64,000 nucleotides of DNA, from the IMG/VR virus record IMGVR_UViG_2767802105_000001, positions 17,248 to 81,247 of that record. One strand, written 5' to 3'. The stretch is from a virus. Taxonomy: Duplodnaviria; Caudoviricetes. Of this stretch, positions 43,641 to 52,499 are shown in pieces. The notes beneath the pieces were generated by a model that was given only the letters and a program-made list of their open reading frames with translations, was not told the DNA's origin and made no database searches. Numbering within the stretch: the first letter of the stretch is position 1; the number at the start of each line of letters is the position of its first letter. Both the position numbers and the translations under genes were made by a program.

Positions 43641-44588
43641 CTACGACTGCGCCCCGTCCTGCCGCGTCCCGGCGGCGGGCTGCTCGACGGTGTAGGTCGT
43701 GGTCGCGCGGACCAGGCGGCGCTGGGTGGGCGTGCCGTCCTTCCACTTCGGGCCGATCTTGACGGTGTGGGCAAGGTGGTTCACGGCGCGATCGCGGACG
43801 GCGTACCGGGTTCCGGGCACCCACTCATCGGCGACGGGGTCGTACAGCTCGGCAGCCCAGGTGTGTTCGGCGGGGTGTGCCTCGGTGGCTGCCGTCTCGT
43901 CGGCCACACGACGCAGCTCGGCCTCCGCCTGCCCGGCCCGCAGGATCTCCGCACCGAGCTGACGCTGCACTTCGTCGACCTGCCGCTCCAGGACGATGAC
44001 CCGCTCGGACTGTTCCAGCACCCGCTTGCCGCGCCGCTTGCACTCGACGCCGACCTCGTCACGCATCTTCTGGGTGTGGTCCAGCTTCTTCTGCACCTTG
44101 GCCAGCTCGCAGCGCGGGCAGACGGGCTGTCCGTCCCGCATCGGCACGTCCATGTCGTCGCGGCCGTGCCAGTGGAAGCCGCACGCCTCGTGGCTGTAGT
44201 TCGGGTCCAGCGGCGGCTCGGCGCTCGTGTCGGTGGCGTGGCCGACGGGCGCGGGCAGCACGGCCAGCACCGCGTCGGCGCCCTCGGCGGCGTCCCACTG
44301 CGGGTGGCCGAGGTCCATCAGGGCGTCGGCGATGCGGTCGCGGAGCGCGGCCTGGTCGGCGGACGGCAACGGCACGACCGGGGTGGCCCCGCGCGCCGGG
44401 TCGATCAGGTCAGCAGTGGCCAAGACGTGCTTCCCAGCGGCCGTGTCGACGCCCCACACGGCGGCGTCCCTCCGCTGCACGGCGGCCAGCTCCTGCGCGT
44501 GCAGGCACAGGGCGCCGTCGATCACATCCTCAGGCAGGCCGTGCCGGTACAGCAGGGCGCGGGCGGTCTCGGTGGTCTGGTTGGTCAT
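43641..44588 (-). CDS. Mosaic phage hypothetical protein (CxxC, coiled coil)
   Basis: GGAGG RBS; 315 aa. Confidence 0.7.
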   Translation of the reverse strand: MTNQTTETARALLYRHGLPEDVIDGALCLHAQELAAVQRRDAAVWGVDTAAGKHVLATADLIDPARGATPVVPLPSADQAALRDRIADALMDLGHPQWDAAEGADAVLAVLPAPVGHATDTSAEPPLDPNYSHEACGFHWHGRDDMDVPMRDGQPVCPRCELAKVQKKLDHTQKMRDEVGVECKRRGKRVLEQSERVIVLERQVDEVQRQLGAEILRAGQAEAELRRVADETAATEAHPAEHTWAAELYDPVADEWVPGTRYAVRDRAVNHLAHTVKIGPKWKDGTPTQRRLVRATTTYTVEQPAAGTRQDGAQS

Positions 44589-44667
44589 CGGGTTCCTCCA
44601 GGACAGGACGGGATGGAAAGATCGGGGCCAGGCCCAGGGCGATAGGCGCGCCCCGGGCTGCTGGCGT

Positions 44668-45635
44668 TCACGCCGCGAGGGCGGGTGTGGCGTGGGCTGC
44701 GGCCATCAGCAGCCGGTGGCCGGCGGCGGTCTGCTGCGGGATGACGCCATTCCCGGCGATCCGCAGCAGCTCGGTGCGCGGTATCCCGGGCACGTCGGTG
44801 ATCCAGCCAGCCGGCCAGCCCATCAAGAACTCGTAGGCCTCGGGGCTGACGCGCAGGTTGCCGCGCGCGTCCGGGGCCACCGGGGACGGCACCGGCCGTC
44901 CGGTGATGTCGGCCCAGCGGCGGACCGCCGGACCGTAGTCCCCCCCCCGAGCTCCGGCGAGTTCCAGTTCTCATCAAGGCGGACGGCGACACCGGGCAGG
45001 TAGTACACGCCCTTGCCGTCGCGCTGGTTGGGGCCCCCGTTCGGGCCGTCGGTGGCCTTCGGCGTGGGCAGCATCGGCAGCGGCGGGTACAGGGCCGCCG
45101 GGGCCGGGACTTCGATGGTGCCGCCGCTGCCAGGGACGGCGTAGCCGATCCAGCGGGGCCGGGTGTGCGGGGCACCAACCGCCGACGCTTTGGTGATCGT
45201 CCAGTACAGGTCGTAGCCCAGCTCGTTCAAGTTCGCCGCCACCGTCGGCAGCCCACGGCGCTTCAACGCGGCCACGTTCTCCAGGAACACCCGCGCCGGC
45301 CGGATCACCGATACGGCCTGGGCCACGTACCGCCACAGCCCCGACCGGGGATCGTCCAAGCCGAGGCGGTGGCCGTTGTTGCTGATGCCCTGGCACGGCC
45401 AGCCCACGATCAGCGTGTCCACGCCCGAGAACTGCTGGGCGGCCTCCCGGTAGTTGATCGCGTCGATGCCTCCCAGGTTCATGGCGCCCGGGAAGCGGGC
45501 GGCCATCACGGCGGAGGCGTGCGGGTTGTTCTCGGCGTAGGCGACCGTGCGGATGCCGGTCTCGGCGCGGACGGCTTCCTCGAGCTGGCCGGAGCCGGAG
45601 CACAGGCCGATCGCTGTCGACGGGGTTGCGGTCAA
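44668..45635 (-). CDS. C5-cytosine methyltransferase split by a frameshift at a G9 tract
   Basis: TTG start with GGAGG RBS; motifs CSGSG, GWPCQ, ENV, PHTRPR in frame 0; LMGWP...GNGV in -1 frame after 44940-44948. Confidence 0.8.
44940..44948 (-). repeat. G9 homopolymer tract
   Basis: Nine C on + strand at the exact frame switch. Confidence 0.9.
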
Positions 45636-45754
45636 GGGTTCCTCCAGGTTGGGCCGCGTGTGCGGCGGGGGTTTCGACACCACCGGTCCCCGTGGCCGGC
45701 GGTAGGCTGCGGGCCAGACCCCGGCGTGGTTCGAGCACGCCGGGGTCGCCGCGT

Positions 45755-46027
45755 TCACGGGGTGGGGTGGGTCGCCGCGAGGCAGGCGGCGACGATCACG
45801 ACGGTCGGGGTACCGCTCGGGAACTCGATGACGGTTCCGTTCGGGCATTCGAGGCCGGAGTCGTCGGACTCGTTGGTCAGCGCCCACAGCGCGCCGGACG
45901 GGTGCCGGAGCACTGTACGGGTCTCGTCGCACGTCCAACCCGCCGCTTGGAGGGCTTCGGTGACGTCGAGTCGGCCGTACCACTCGCCGGGCTCGGGCGG
46001 GCTGATGATCAGATGCAGGTCGGACAT
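45755..46027 (-). CDS. Hypothetical protein
   Basis: AAGGAG RBS; MSDLHLIISPP. Confidence 0.65.
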   Translation of the reverse strand: MSDLHLIISPPEPGEWYGRLDVTEALQAAGWTCDETRTVLRHPSGALWALTNESDDSGLECPNGTVIEFPSGTPTVVIVAACLAATHPTP

Positions 46028-46050
46028 TGCTTCTCCTTCGGGTTGGCTGG

Positions 46051-46248
46051 TCACAGCGACCAGAGGCTGGGCTGCATGGGCTGGAGCGGCAGTTCGGTCT
46101 GCCCCTCGCAGTGGACGGCCGCGGGTTCGGCCACCCGGGCAGGCGCCGGACGGGCCGGGGCCGGGTTGAGGCGGCGGAAACACACCGGGCCCAGGCCCGA
46201 CGGCGACGGGCGACGCAGACGGCGGCCACACGCCGCGCGGCGGGACAT
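46051..46248 (-). CDS. DUF6011-like small protein
   Basis: CGRRL...GLGPVC motif. Confidence 0.6.
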   Translation of the reverse strand: MSRRAACGRRLRRPSPSGLGPVCFRRLNPAPARPAPARVAEPAAVHCEGQTELPLQPMQPSLWSL

Positions 46249-47297
46249 CAGGCGGCCTCGGCGATCTGACCGCTGGACAGCGGCAGTCCGAACGCGGCGG
46301 CAATGACGTGCTCGGCCAGCAGGCAGGGCACGGCGTTGCCGATCTGTTCGAACTGCTTGGTGCGGCTCCCCCGGAACGGGTGATCGGCGGGGAAAGACTG
46401 GAGGATCGCCGCGTCCTGGACGGACAGGCGGATGGTGTCCCGTCGTCCGCCGCGGTAGGCGGGCAGGTTGTCGGCGTCGACGATGCGGGTGCAGTCGATC
46501 CAGCGTCCGGCGTCGCGTTCGCCGTAGAGGGTGGCGCGGGCACCGGAGCCGCCGACGCAGGAGGGATCGGGCCCGCCGGCTGCGGTGCCGACGGCGACGG
46601 TGAGGGCGGGCCGGGCGGTCATGCCCCAGCCGATCGCGTCCGCCATGCTGATCCACGGCTTCAGCCCGAACACTTCCTGCACCTCGGTGACGCCCTTGCG
46701 GTACCGGTGGTGAGTCGGCTGCGGCAGCCGGGCCTCCCCGTCCAGGCTGGCGGCGAGGAAGGCGCGCACCCGGGTCTGCGGGACGCCGTACTCCTCCGAA
46801 GACAGTCGGCCGGTCGCCACGCTGTAGCCCTCGACGCGCAGGAGTTCACCGAGCGCCTCCCAGACGGGCAGCACCGTCGGCACCTGCTCCAGGAGGATCG
46901 TCCGGTACGGGCGGCCGGCGTCCATCGCTTCCAGCGCCCACCGCAGCGGCTCCAGGACCAGGCCGGTCCGCTCGTCGTCGAAGCCAGCGAGGGCCTCCCC
47001 GATGCCCTGGCGTTCGGCCAGACGCTGCGCCAGCTCGAGGACGGTGTCCAGGGCGGCCCGGCCGCGGCCCTTGCCGCCGACAGAGAACGGCTGGCACGGC
47101 GGCGAGCCGATCATGTCGGTGGCGTCGGGGAAGTCGGCGGGCCCGTAGGCGCGGACGTCACCCTCCACCGTGCGGAGTCCGGCGGCACGCCGGGTCTCGC
47201 ATGCGGCGTGATCGCGTTCTATGCCGGTCACATCGAGGCCGAGACGGGTGGCGCCGACATCCCAGCCGCCGGGGCCGGCAAACAAGTCGACGATCAT
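46248..47297 (-). CDS. C5-cytosine methyltransferase
   Basis: DLFAGPGG, GSPPCQ, EQV, PQTRVR, LQSFP, IGNAVP. Confidence 0.92.
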   Translation of the reverse strand: MIVDLFAGPGGWDVGATRLGLDVTGIERDHAACETRRAAGLRTVEGDVRAYGPADFPDATDMIGSPPCQPFSVGGKGRGRAALDTVLELAQRLAERQGIGEALAGFDDERTGLVLEPLRWALEAMDAGRPYRTILLEQVPTVLPVWEALGELLRVEGYSVATGRLSSEEYGVPQTRVRAFLAASLDGEARLPQPTHHRYRKGVTEVQEVFGLKPWISMADAIGWGMTARPALTVAVGTAAGGPDPSCVGGSGARATLYGERDAGRWIDCTRIVDADNLPAYRGGRRDTIRLSVQDAAILQSFPADHPFRGSRTKQFEQIGNAVPCLLAEHVIAAAFGLPLSSGQIAEAA

Positions 47298-48733
47298 GCG
47301 GCTGCCTCCGTGCTGTAGGTGAGGGCTCGGCGATGCAGGTCACGGAGGGCGTAGGCGGCCTGCTGCCAGACGACGCCGTTGCCGAGGGCTCGGAGCATGG
47401 CGGGCCGGGTGAGGCCGGGCGTGTCCGTCACCCAGCCGTCGGGGAGGCCCATCAGCCATTCGGTGAAGACGGGGCTCAGACGTCCCAGAGCGTCGGTTGG
47501 CCAGGGGGCTCGTCGTCCAAGGACTCGTTCCCAGCGGCGGATGGCGGGTTCGTAATCGCCCCAGTCAAGGTCGGGTTCCTCCGGCCGAAGGTCGAGGACG
47601 TCCGTTCGGCATCCGACGCGGTCGGCGTCGGAAGGAGCTGCGCCGCAAGGCTGGGCAGCATCAGGTCGCCCTTGCTGCCGCGCTGATTGGGGCCGCCCTT
47701 CGTGCCGTCCGTCGCCCTCGGCGTCGGCATCAGCTTCACGGCTATCGCGAGCGGTGTGCCCTGCCCGTTCCCGTTGATCCCCTTCGCCAGGTTCCGCTGC
47801 CGCCTGGCCTCCCATGACTCCAGCGACTCCCCGTCGTTCGGATTCGACGCTGTCGGAGTCGGCAGCAGGTTCACCACGACCTCGTTCAGCGGTCGGGAGT
47901 TGCGGTCCATCAGGTTCGACTCCCCCGACTTCCAGTCCCGGGCCGCCGGCGTCGGCAGCAGCGAGATCGCCGTCCGCAGGTCCGGGCCGCCCGTCCCGTG
48001 CTGCCCGATCCCGTTCGTGTCCGAGGTTCGCGGTGTCGGCAGAAGCTTCCGTGTCTCGTCCCGCAGTCCCCAGCCCGCCGACGATCCGCGGTCCGTCCCC
48101 CCGTCCGAGGCGACCGGGGTCGAGAGCAGCCGGCCAGGCGCGGATGATGATGCGGCGGCGGCGGTGGGGGGCGCCGACTTCGTCCGCGCCGTAGCGGCCC
48201 CATTCCGCATCGAACCCGAGGCTGGCCAGGTCCCCAAGAACGGCTCCGCATGCCCGCAGTACAGGCTCAGCGTGTCCGTCTCCCACGCAGTACGGGCAGG
48301 GTTCCATGTCGCTGGCAGCCGGCGCCGAGAGGAGCCCTTCGACATTTTCGATCACCACGAGTTTCGGTTGGAGGATGGAGATGGCGTGGGCCATGTGGTT
48401 CCACAGGCCGGAGCGGGAGTCGGGGTTGAGGCCGACGCGGCGGCCGGCGGAGGAGACGTCTTGGCAGGGGAAGCCGCCGGTGAGGATGTCGACCGGCCCG
48501 TGCTCGTCGAGGACGCCCTGCCAGTCGATCTTTGTTATGTCGCCGAGGTTCGGGACATCGGGCCAGTGACGGGCGAGGATCTTCGCCGCGTACTGGTTCT
48601 TGTCCTCCTTGCCGTTCTTGTCCGGCGGCTCGTACTGCGAGTGCCAGACCACGTCGGCGTCGTAGACGTCCATCACGGCCAGGTCCAGGGCACCGGTGCC
48701 GGTGAACAGGGAGCCGATACGCAGCGGGCTCAT
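47294..48733 (-). CDS. C5-cytosine methyltransferase with long low-complexity insert
   Basis: LFTGTG, GFPCQ, ENV, GAPHRRRR, LMGLP, LGNGVV. Confidence 0.9.
   Translation of the reverse strand: MSPLRIGSLFTGTGALDLAVMDVYDADVVWHSQYEPPDKNGKEDKNQYAAKILARHWPDVPNLGDITKIDWQGVLDEHGPVDILTGGFPCQDVSSAGRRVGLNPDSRSGLWNHMAHAISILQPKLVVIENVEGLLSAPAASDMEPCPYCVGDGHAEPVLRACGAVLGDLASLGFDAEWGRYGADEVGAPHRRRRIIIRAWPAALDPGRLGRGDGPRIVGGLGTAGRDTEASADTANLGHERDRAARDGRPGPADGDLAAADAGGPGLEVGGVEPDGPQLPTAERGRGEPAADSDSVESERRGVAGVMGGQAAAEPGEGDQRERAGHTARDSREADADAEGDGRHEGRPQSARQQGRPDAAQPCGAAPSDADRVGCRTDVLDLRPEEPDLDWGDYEPAIRRWERVLGRRAPWPTDALGRLSPVFTEWLMGLPDGWVTDTPGLTRPAMLRALGNGVVWQQAAYALRDLHRRALTYSTEAAA
47476..48345 (-). CDS. Nested alternative-frame protein with six LLPTPxAxD repeats
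   Basis: 289-aa ORF wholly inside the methyltransferase; one repeat matches an in-frame segment of the 44668-45635 enzyme. Confidence 0.65.
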   Translation of the reverse strand: MSKGSSRRRLPATWNPARTAWETDTLSLYCGHAEPFLGTWPASGSMRNGAATARTKSAPPTAAAASSSAPGRLLSTPVASDGGTDRGSSAGWGLRDETRKLLPTPRTSDTNGIGQHGTGGPDLRTAISLLPTPAARDWKSGESNLMDRNSRPLNEVVVNLLPTPTASNPNDGESLESWEARRQRNLAKGINGNGQGTPLAIAVKLMPTPRATDGTKGGPNQRGSKGDLMLPSLAAQLLPTPTASDAERTSSTFGRRNPTLTGAITNPPSAAGNESLDDEPPGQPTLWDV

Positions 48734-49020
48734 GCGGCGGTTCCTTCCTGGGGCCGGTGGGTGGTGTGGGTGTTGGGGTTGCCGCCGCAGCGGGCGCAGG
48801 TGCAGGCGTCCGGGGGCGGCGTCGGGCCCGTGGCGGCGGTGCCCAACGGCCAGCCGCCGGTGTGGGCGATGCGGTAGCCGGCCGCCGGGACCGCGGTCAG
48901 GGCGGGCTTGGGCTTGGCGGCCTTGGCGGGGGCGCGGCCGACGAGGGACAGCAAGTAGTCCTTGAGGTCGCCCTGCTCGCGGAGGGCGGCGATGTCTTCA
49001 GCGCTCAGTTCGGTGGCCAT
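48730..49020 (-). CDS. Hypothetical protein (CTCARC)
   Basis: GGAGG RBS; MATELSAED. Confidence 0.65.
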   Translation of the reverse strand: MATELSAEDIAALREQGDLKDYLLSLVGRAPAKAAKPKPALTAVPAAGYRIAHTGGWPLGTAATGPTPPPDACTCARCGGNPNTHTTHRPQEGTAA

Positions 49021-49022
49021 CT

Positions 49023-50387
49023 CTAGCCCTCCGCCATGTCCACGAACCGGGCGTAGTGGCCCTGGAAAGCAACGGTGATCGTCCCCATCGGCCCACCCCG
49101 GTGCTTGCCGACGATCACGTCGGCCTCTCCCGCTCGAGGGCTCTCCCGCTCGTACACGTCGGGCCGGTGCAGCAGGATGACGATGTCCGCGTCCTGCTCG
49201 ATCGCGCCGGACTCGCGCAGATCCGACACCATCGGCACCTTGTCCTGGCGCTGCTCGGGCCCGCGGTTGAGCTGAGCAAGCACGATGATCGTGATGCCGA
49301 ACTCCTTCGCCATCACCTTGAGGTTGCGGGAGATCATCGACACGGCGACCTGCCGGGACTCGGCCGGCGGCGCCTGCATCAGCTGCAGGTAGTCGACGAT
49401 CACGACCTTCAGGCCGAAGGTGCGGACGAGGTTGCGGATCGCCGCACGCAGGCTGGGCAGCGTCAGGTACGCGTTGTCGTCGATCTTCAGCGGGGCGGCA
49501 GCCAGTTCGGGGAGCCTCGCCGCCGCCCGAGCGACAGCGGTGTCGTCGACGATGCCCTGCTTCACGTGATGCAGGGCGATCTTCATTTCGCCGCACAGGA
49601 TCGACGTCGCCAACTCCTCGTCGCTCATCTCGAGCGACCAGATCGCCGTCGGAACCTCATGCTTGATCGCAGCAGCGCGGGCGAAACCGGCCGCGAGCGT
49701 CGTCTTGCCCATCGCCGGGCGGGCCGCGACCACCACCAACTGGCCGGGAGCCCAGCCGCCCGAGAGCAGCGCGTCCAGGTCCATGAAGCCGGTCGGTACC
49801 CGGTCCTCGGTCGACGGCTTCGTCGTCGCCCGGTCGATCACGTCCGGGAGCAGCGCGCCCAGGTCGACCATGTTCGACTGGCCCGCGGGCTTCGCCAGGT
49901 TGTCGATCTCCGCCTGGATCGCCGACAGGTCCGTGTCCGGGTCGAACGCCGGGTTGCTGAACCGGACGTGCATGTTCGCGCTCAACGCCCGGCCGCGGGC
50001 GGCGATCGCCCCGCGGGTGACTTCGGCAGCCCAGTGCGCGGCAGCACCCGGGTTCGCCGCCATGTACAGGTCGCCGAGCTCGTTCTCCGTGAACGGCCGG
50101 GTGATCATGCGGCCGTCGGCGTGCCACACCTGCAGCTTCCGGGCCACGGCCTGCCAGCGGATCGCGGACGCGGGCAGCGTCGACGCCAACTCCTCGACCG
50201 CAAACCAGATCATGCGGTACCGCTCGTCGCCGATGTCCGCCGGGTCGAAGCCCTGGCTGGCCATGTCGTCGACGCACGCCGGGTCGGCCATGGCGGTGGC
50301 GGCGAGGATCCGCTCGGCCTCCACGTTGCCGGCCGGGTTCAGGGAGGCGGCCTCGTCCGGGCCCCACACGTCGATGTCGGTGCTCAC
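49023..50387 (-). CDS. dnaB: Replicative DNA helicase
   Basis: AARPAMGKT, VDYLQL, AQLNR, LRESGAIEQDAD, KHRGG. Confidence 0.95.
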   Translation of the reverse strand: MSTDIDVWGPDEAASLNPAGNVEAERILAATAMADPACVDDMASQGFDPADIGDERYRMIWFAVEELASTLPASAIRWQAVARKLQVWHADGRMITRPFTENELGDLYMAANPGAAAHWAAEVTRGAIAARGRALSANMHVRFSNPAFDPDTDLSAIQAEIDNLAKPAGQSNMVDLGALLPDVIDRATTKPSTEDRVPTGFMDLDALLSGGWAPGQLVVVAARPAMGKTTLAAGFARAAAIKHEVPTAIWSLEMSDEELATSILCGEMKIALHHVKQGIVDDTAVARAAARLPELAAAPLKIDDNAYLTLPSLRAAIRNLVRTFGLKVVIVDYLQLMQAPPAESRQVAVSMISRNLKVMAKEFGITIIVLAQLNRGPEQRQDKVPMVSDLRESGAIEQDADIVILLHRPDVYERESPRAGEADVIVGKHRGGPMGTITVAFQGHYARFVDMAEG

Positions 50388-51004
50388 GCGGCGGCCCCCT
50401 GGCGGCGGTCGCGGCCCTCGAGGAGCACGATGCTGTTGCCGCACATCTCCGCAAGCCGCGACGCGACCCGCGGCCCCGTTACCTCCGACAGCTGGTTCGG
50501 CAGCACATCGCACGTGATGATCACCGGGCGGCGGCGGATGTACCGCTCGTCGAAAATCTCGAACAGCCGCTCCTGCGTCCACGTCGACGGACGGGCCGCG
50601 GCCAGGTCGTCGATGAACAGCAGATCGACCTTCTGCAGCTTCTGCGACAGCGCACGCCCCTCCCCCTCGGGGGCGTCCGGGCGAAGAGCGTCGAACAGGG
50701 CCGTCGACCGGAACGTCTTGATGACTGGGGAGCCCTGCCACGGCTGGCCCGGCCCGTACTGGGCCTCCAGCCAGCGGCGGCACGTCTTCCACGCCGTGTG
50801 CGTCTTACCGACCCCGATCGCGCCCGTCAGGAACAGGGACCGGCCGCCCCAGCCGGCAATCCAGTCCTGCACCTGGGCGGGCAGGTCGATCGGGCGGCGG
50901 TAGATCTCCGGGGTTTCGTCGTCGAACCGGTTCAGCGCCACCGAAGTGCGCTCCAGGAGGAACGACTCGCGGGGGCTGAGCTCGTCAGGCGATTCGGAGG
51001 ACAT
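50384..51004 (-). CDS. DnaC/IstB-like helicase loader
   Basis: GAIGVGKT, LFIDDL, RVASRL, GRDRR. Confidence 0.9.
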   Translation of the reverse strand: MSSESPDELSPRESFLLERTSVALNRFDDETPEIYRRPIDLPAQVQDWIAGWGGRSLFLTGAIGVGKTHTAWKTCRRWLEAQYGPGQPWQGSPVIKTFRSTALFDALRPDAPEGEGRALSQKLQKVDLLFIDDLAAARPSTWTQERLFEIFDERYIRRRPVIITCDVLPNQLSEVTGPRVASRLAEMCGNSIVLLEGRDRRQGAAA

Positions 51005-51878
51005 TCTTCTTCTCCTCTGCGGTCATGGAAGTGGTGTCGTGCGGGGCGGTCTGCGGGCCCTGCGGAGTGCGCTTGGCGCGTTCTGCCGCGGCTTGGCGAC
51101 GGAGCGTCGGGTACTTGTCGCGGAGCTTGGACGGGCTGAGGATGTGCGCCTGCCAGAAGTCGTTGGCGTGGGCCCAGTCGATGGCGGCGACGGCTTGGTC
51201 CGGGGTGATGCCGTCGATGTCCAGCAGGCGCCGAGTGTCAGTGCGCCACTTGGCGGTGATCCGGGGGCGCTTGTCGCCGCCGGCCTCGATGACGGCGGCA
51301 AGGTGCTGGCAGACCTGCTCGACGTCTTCGCGAAGGGCATCGGCCGAGGACTTCGCAGAAGTTCGAGAAGTCTTTTGTTCTTCTTCTGTCTCTGTCTCTG
51401 TCTCTGGTTCGGTTTTGCTTCCCGATTGCTTCACCAAATCCGAAGCACTTGCTTCACTGTTTGCTTCGGCGGTTGAAGCTGCTCGGCGGGACTCTCCGGA
51501 GCGCTTGCCACCCCTCTGACCTGCTGCTGCGCGCTTCGCCCGAAGGTCGGCGACCTCGGATGCGGAGCGCTGGTGGTCGAGGTAGTCGTGGATGACGTAG
51601 CTGTCCGGGCCGGCCTGGGGGCACTTGGGGCAGTCGTGTTCGCCGTCGTGCCACAAGCCGACGCGAACCAGTGCCGAAGCATTTGCTTCAGGGTTGCTTC
51701 CGTCGGTCAGCCGGCGGACAAGGCGCTTGGAGATGACGCCGTCGGTGAGTTGCCGTGAGGCGTAGGCGAGTCCGCAGATGTAGAGCCAGCCAGCCTCCCC
51801 GCCCGCTTCGATGATCTTCGGGTGGTCCGGCAGACCGTCGTGCACCTTGACGTAGGTGCGCTTGTCCTTCTCGGCCAT
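50985..51878 (-). CDS. Phage replication initiator
   Basis: DHPKI...LTDG...IHDYLDHQ N-domain; ETETE linker; FWQAHILSPSKLRDKY C-domain. Confidence 0.85.
   Translation of the reverse strand: MAEKDKRTYVKVHDGLPDHPKIIEAGGEAGWLYICGLAYASRQLTDGVISKRLVRRLTDGSNPEANASALVRVGLWHDGEHDCPKCPQAGPDSYVIHDYLDHQRSASEVADLRAKRAAAGQRGGKRSGESRRAASTAEANSEASASDLVKQSGSKTEPETETETEEEQKTSRTSAKSSADALREDVEQVCQHLAAVIEAGGDKRPRITAKWRTDTRRLLDIDGITPDQAVAAIDWAHANDFWQAHILSPSKLRDKYPTLRRQAAAERAKRTPQGPQTAPHDTTSMTAEEKKNVLRIA
51415..51700. repeat. Candidate origin iterons inside the initiator gene
   Basis: TTGCTTC at 51415, 51426, 51449, 51461, 51683, 51694; palindromes GAAGCAnTTGCTTC at 51442 and 51676. Confidence 0.6.
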
Positions 51879-52031
51879 GGGACTTCTTTCCTCTGGGGTG
51901 AATTGGCATCTGGGCGCGCGGAACCAGGGCCTCTAGGGCGGCTTGTCACTGCCGCCCCGTTCGTAGCCATCATAGCTAAGAACGCTAAGTCGCGGTGTTG
52001 TGCAGAGTGACAAATCCGCTACGCTGATGCC

Positions 52032-52241
52032 ATGACCGCGACCCGCACCGAACACCGCGCGAAGATCGCCGAAGCGCGCAACGTCCTCGGCGAGGTCATC
52101 TCGCGCGCCCGCTACGCCGGAGAGACCACGGTGCTGATCAACCGCGGCAAGGAGGCGGCCGTGATCGTCCCCTTTGACTTCTACGAGCGAGCACTTGCAG
52201 CGCTTGACGAGCGCGCCGTGCCGGCCGAGTCCGACGACTGA
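52032..52241 (+). CDS. Phd/YefM-family antitoxin, orphan
   Basis: IAEARNVLGEVI...TVLINRGKEAAVIVP. Confidence 0.85.
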   Translation: MTATRTEHRAKIAEARNVLGEVISRARYAGETTVLINRGKEAAVIVPFDFYERALAALDERAVPAESDD

Positions 52242-52265
52242 CACCCCTCCTCCTCTCGTCCTCCG

Positions 52266-52290
52266 GGCCCCGCTTCTGCGGGGCCTTTGT
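52266..52290 (+). terminator. Intrinsic terminator
   Basis: GGCCCCGC-TTCT-GCGGGGCC-TTTGT. Confidence 0.7.
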
Positions 52291-52298
52291 CGTGTGGG

Positions 52299-52499
52299 CT
52301 AGGCGTCTGAGTGCTGGTTCGCGTCGTGCTGCCGCATGGCGGTCTTCACTTCGTCCGGTGGCGGGAAAAGCCGGTCGAAGATTCGTATGGGACTTGCGTC
52401 GGGGTATGCCTCGCGGCATCGGAGGCAGATCAACGCTGTTGTTACGACGCCGTTCGTGTGGCCTCCGACGTAGCGGTAGCGCTCAGGAGTGCCCGTCAT
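52299..52499 (-). CDS. Hypothetical protein (CLRC)
   Basis: ATGA-coupled; 66 aa. Confidence 0.5.
   Translation of the reverse strand: MTGTPERYRYVGGHTNGVVTTALICLRCREAYPDASPIRIFDRLFPPPDEVKTAMRQHDANQHSDA

Noticed and set aside
45661-45752. tRNA-like element (hairpins with TCGAA loops)
   Set aside because: No acceptor stem or anticodon arm could be built; kept only as part of the repeated intergenic element
51377-51410. TCTGTC microsatellite
   Set aside because: Encodes the ETETE linker common in phage initiators; unit of 6 keeps frame
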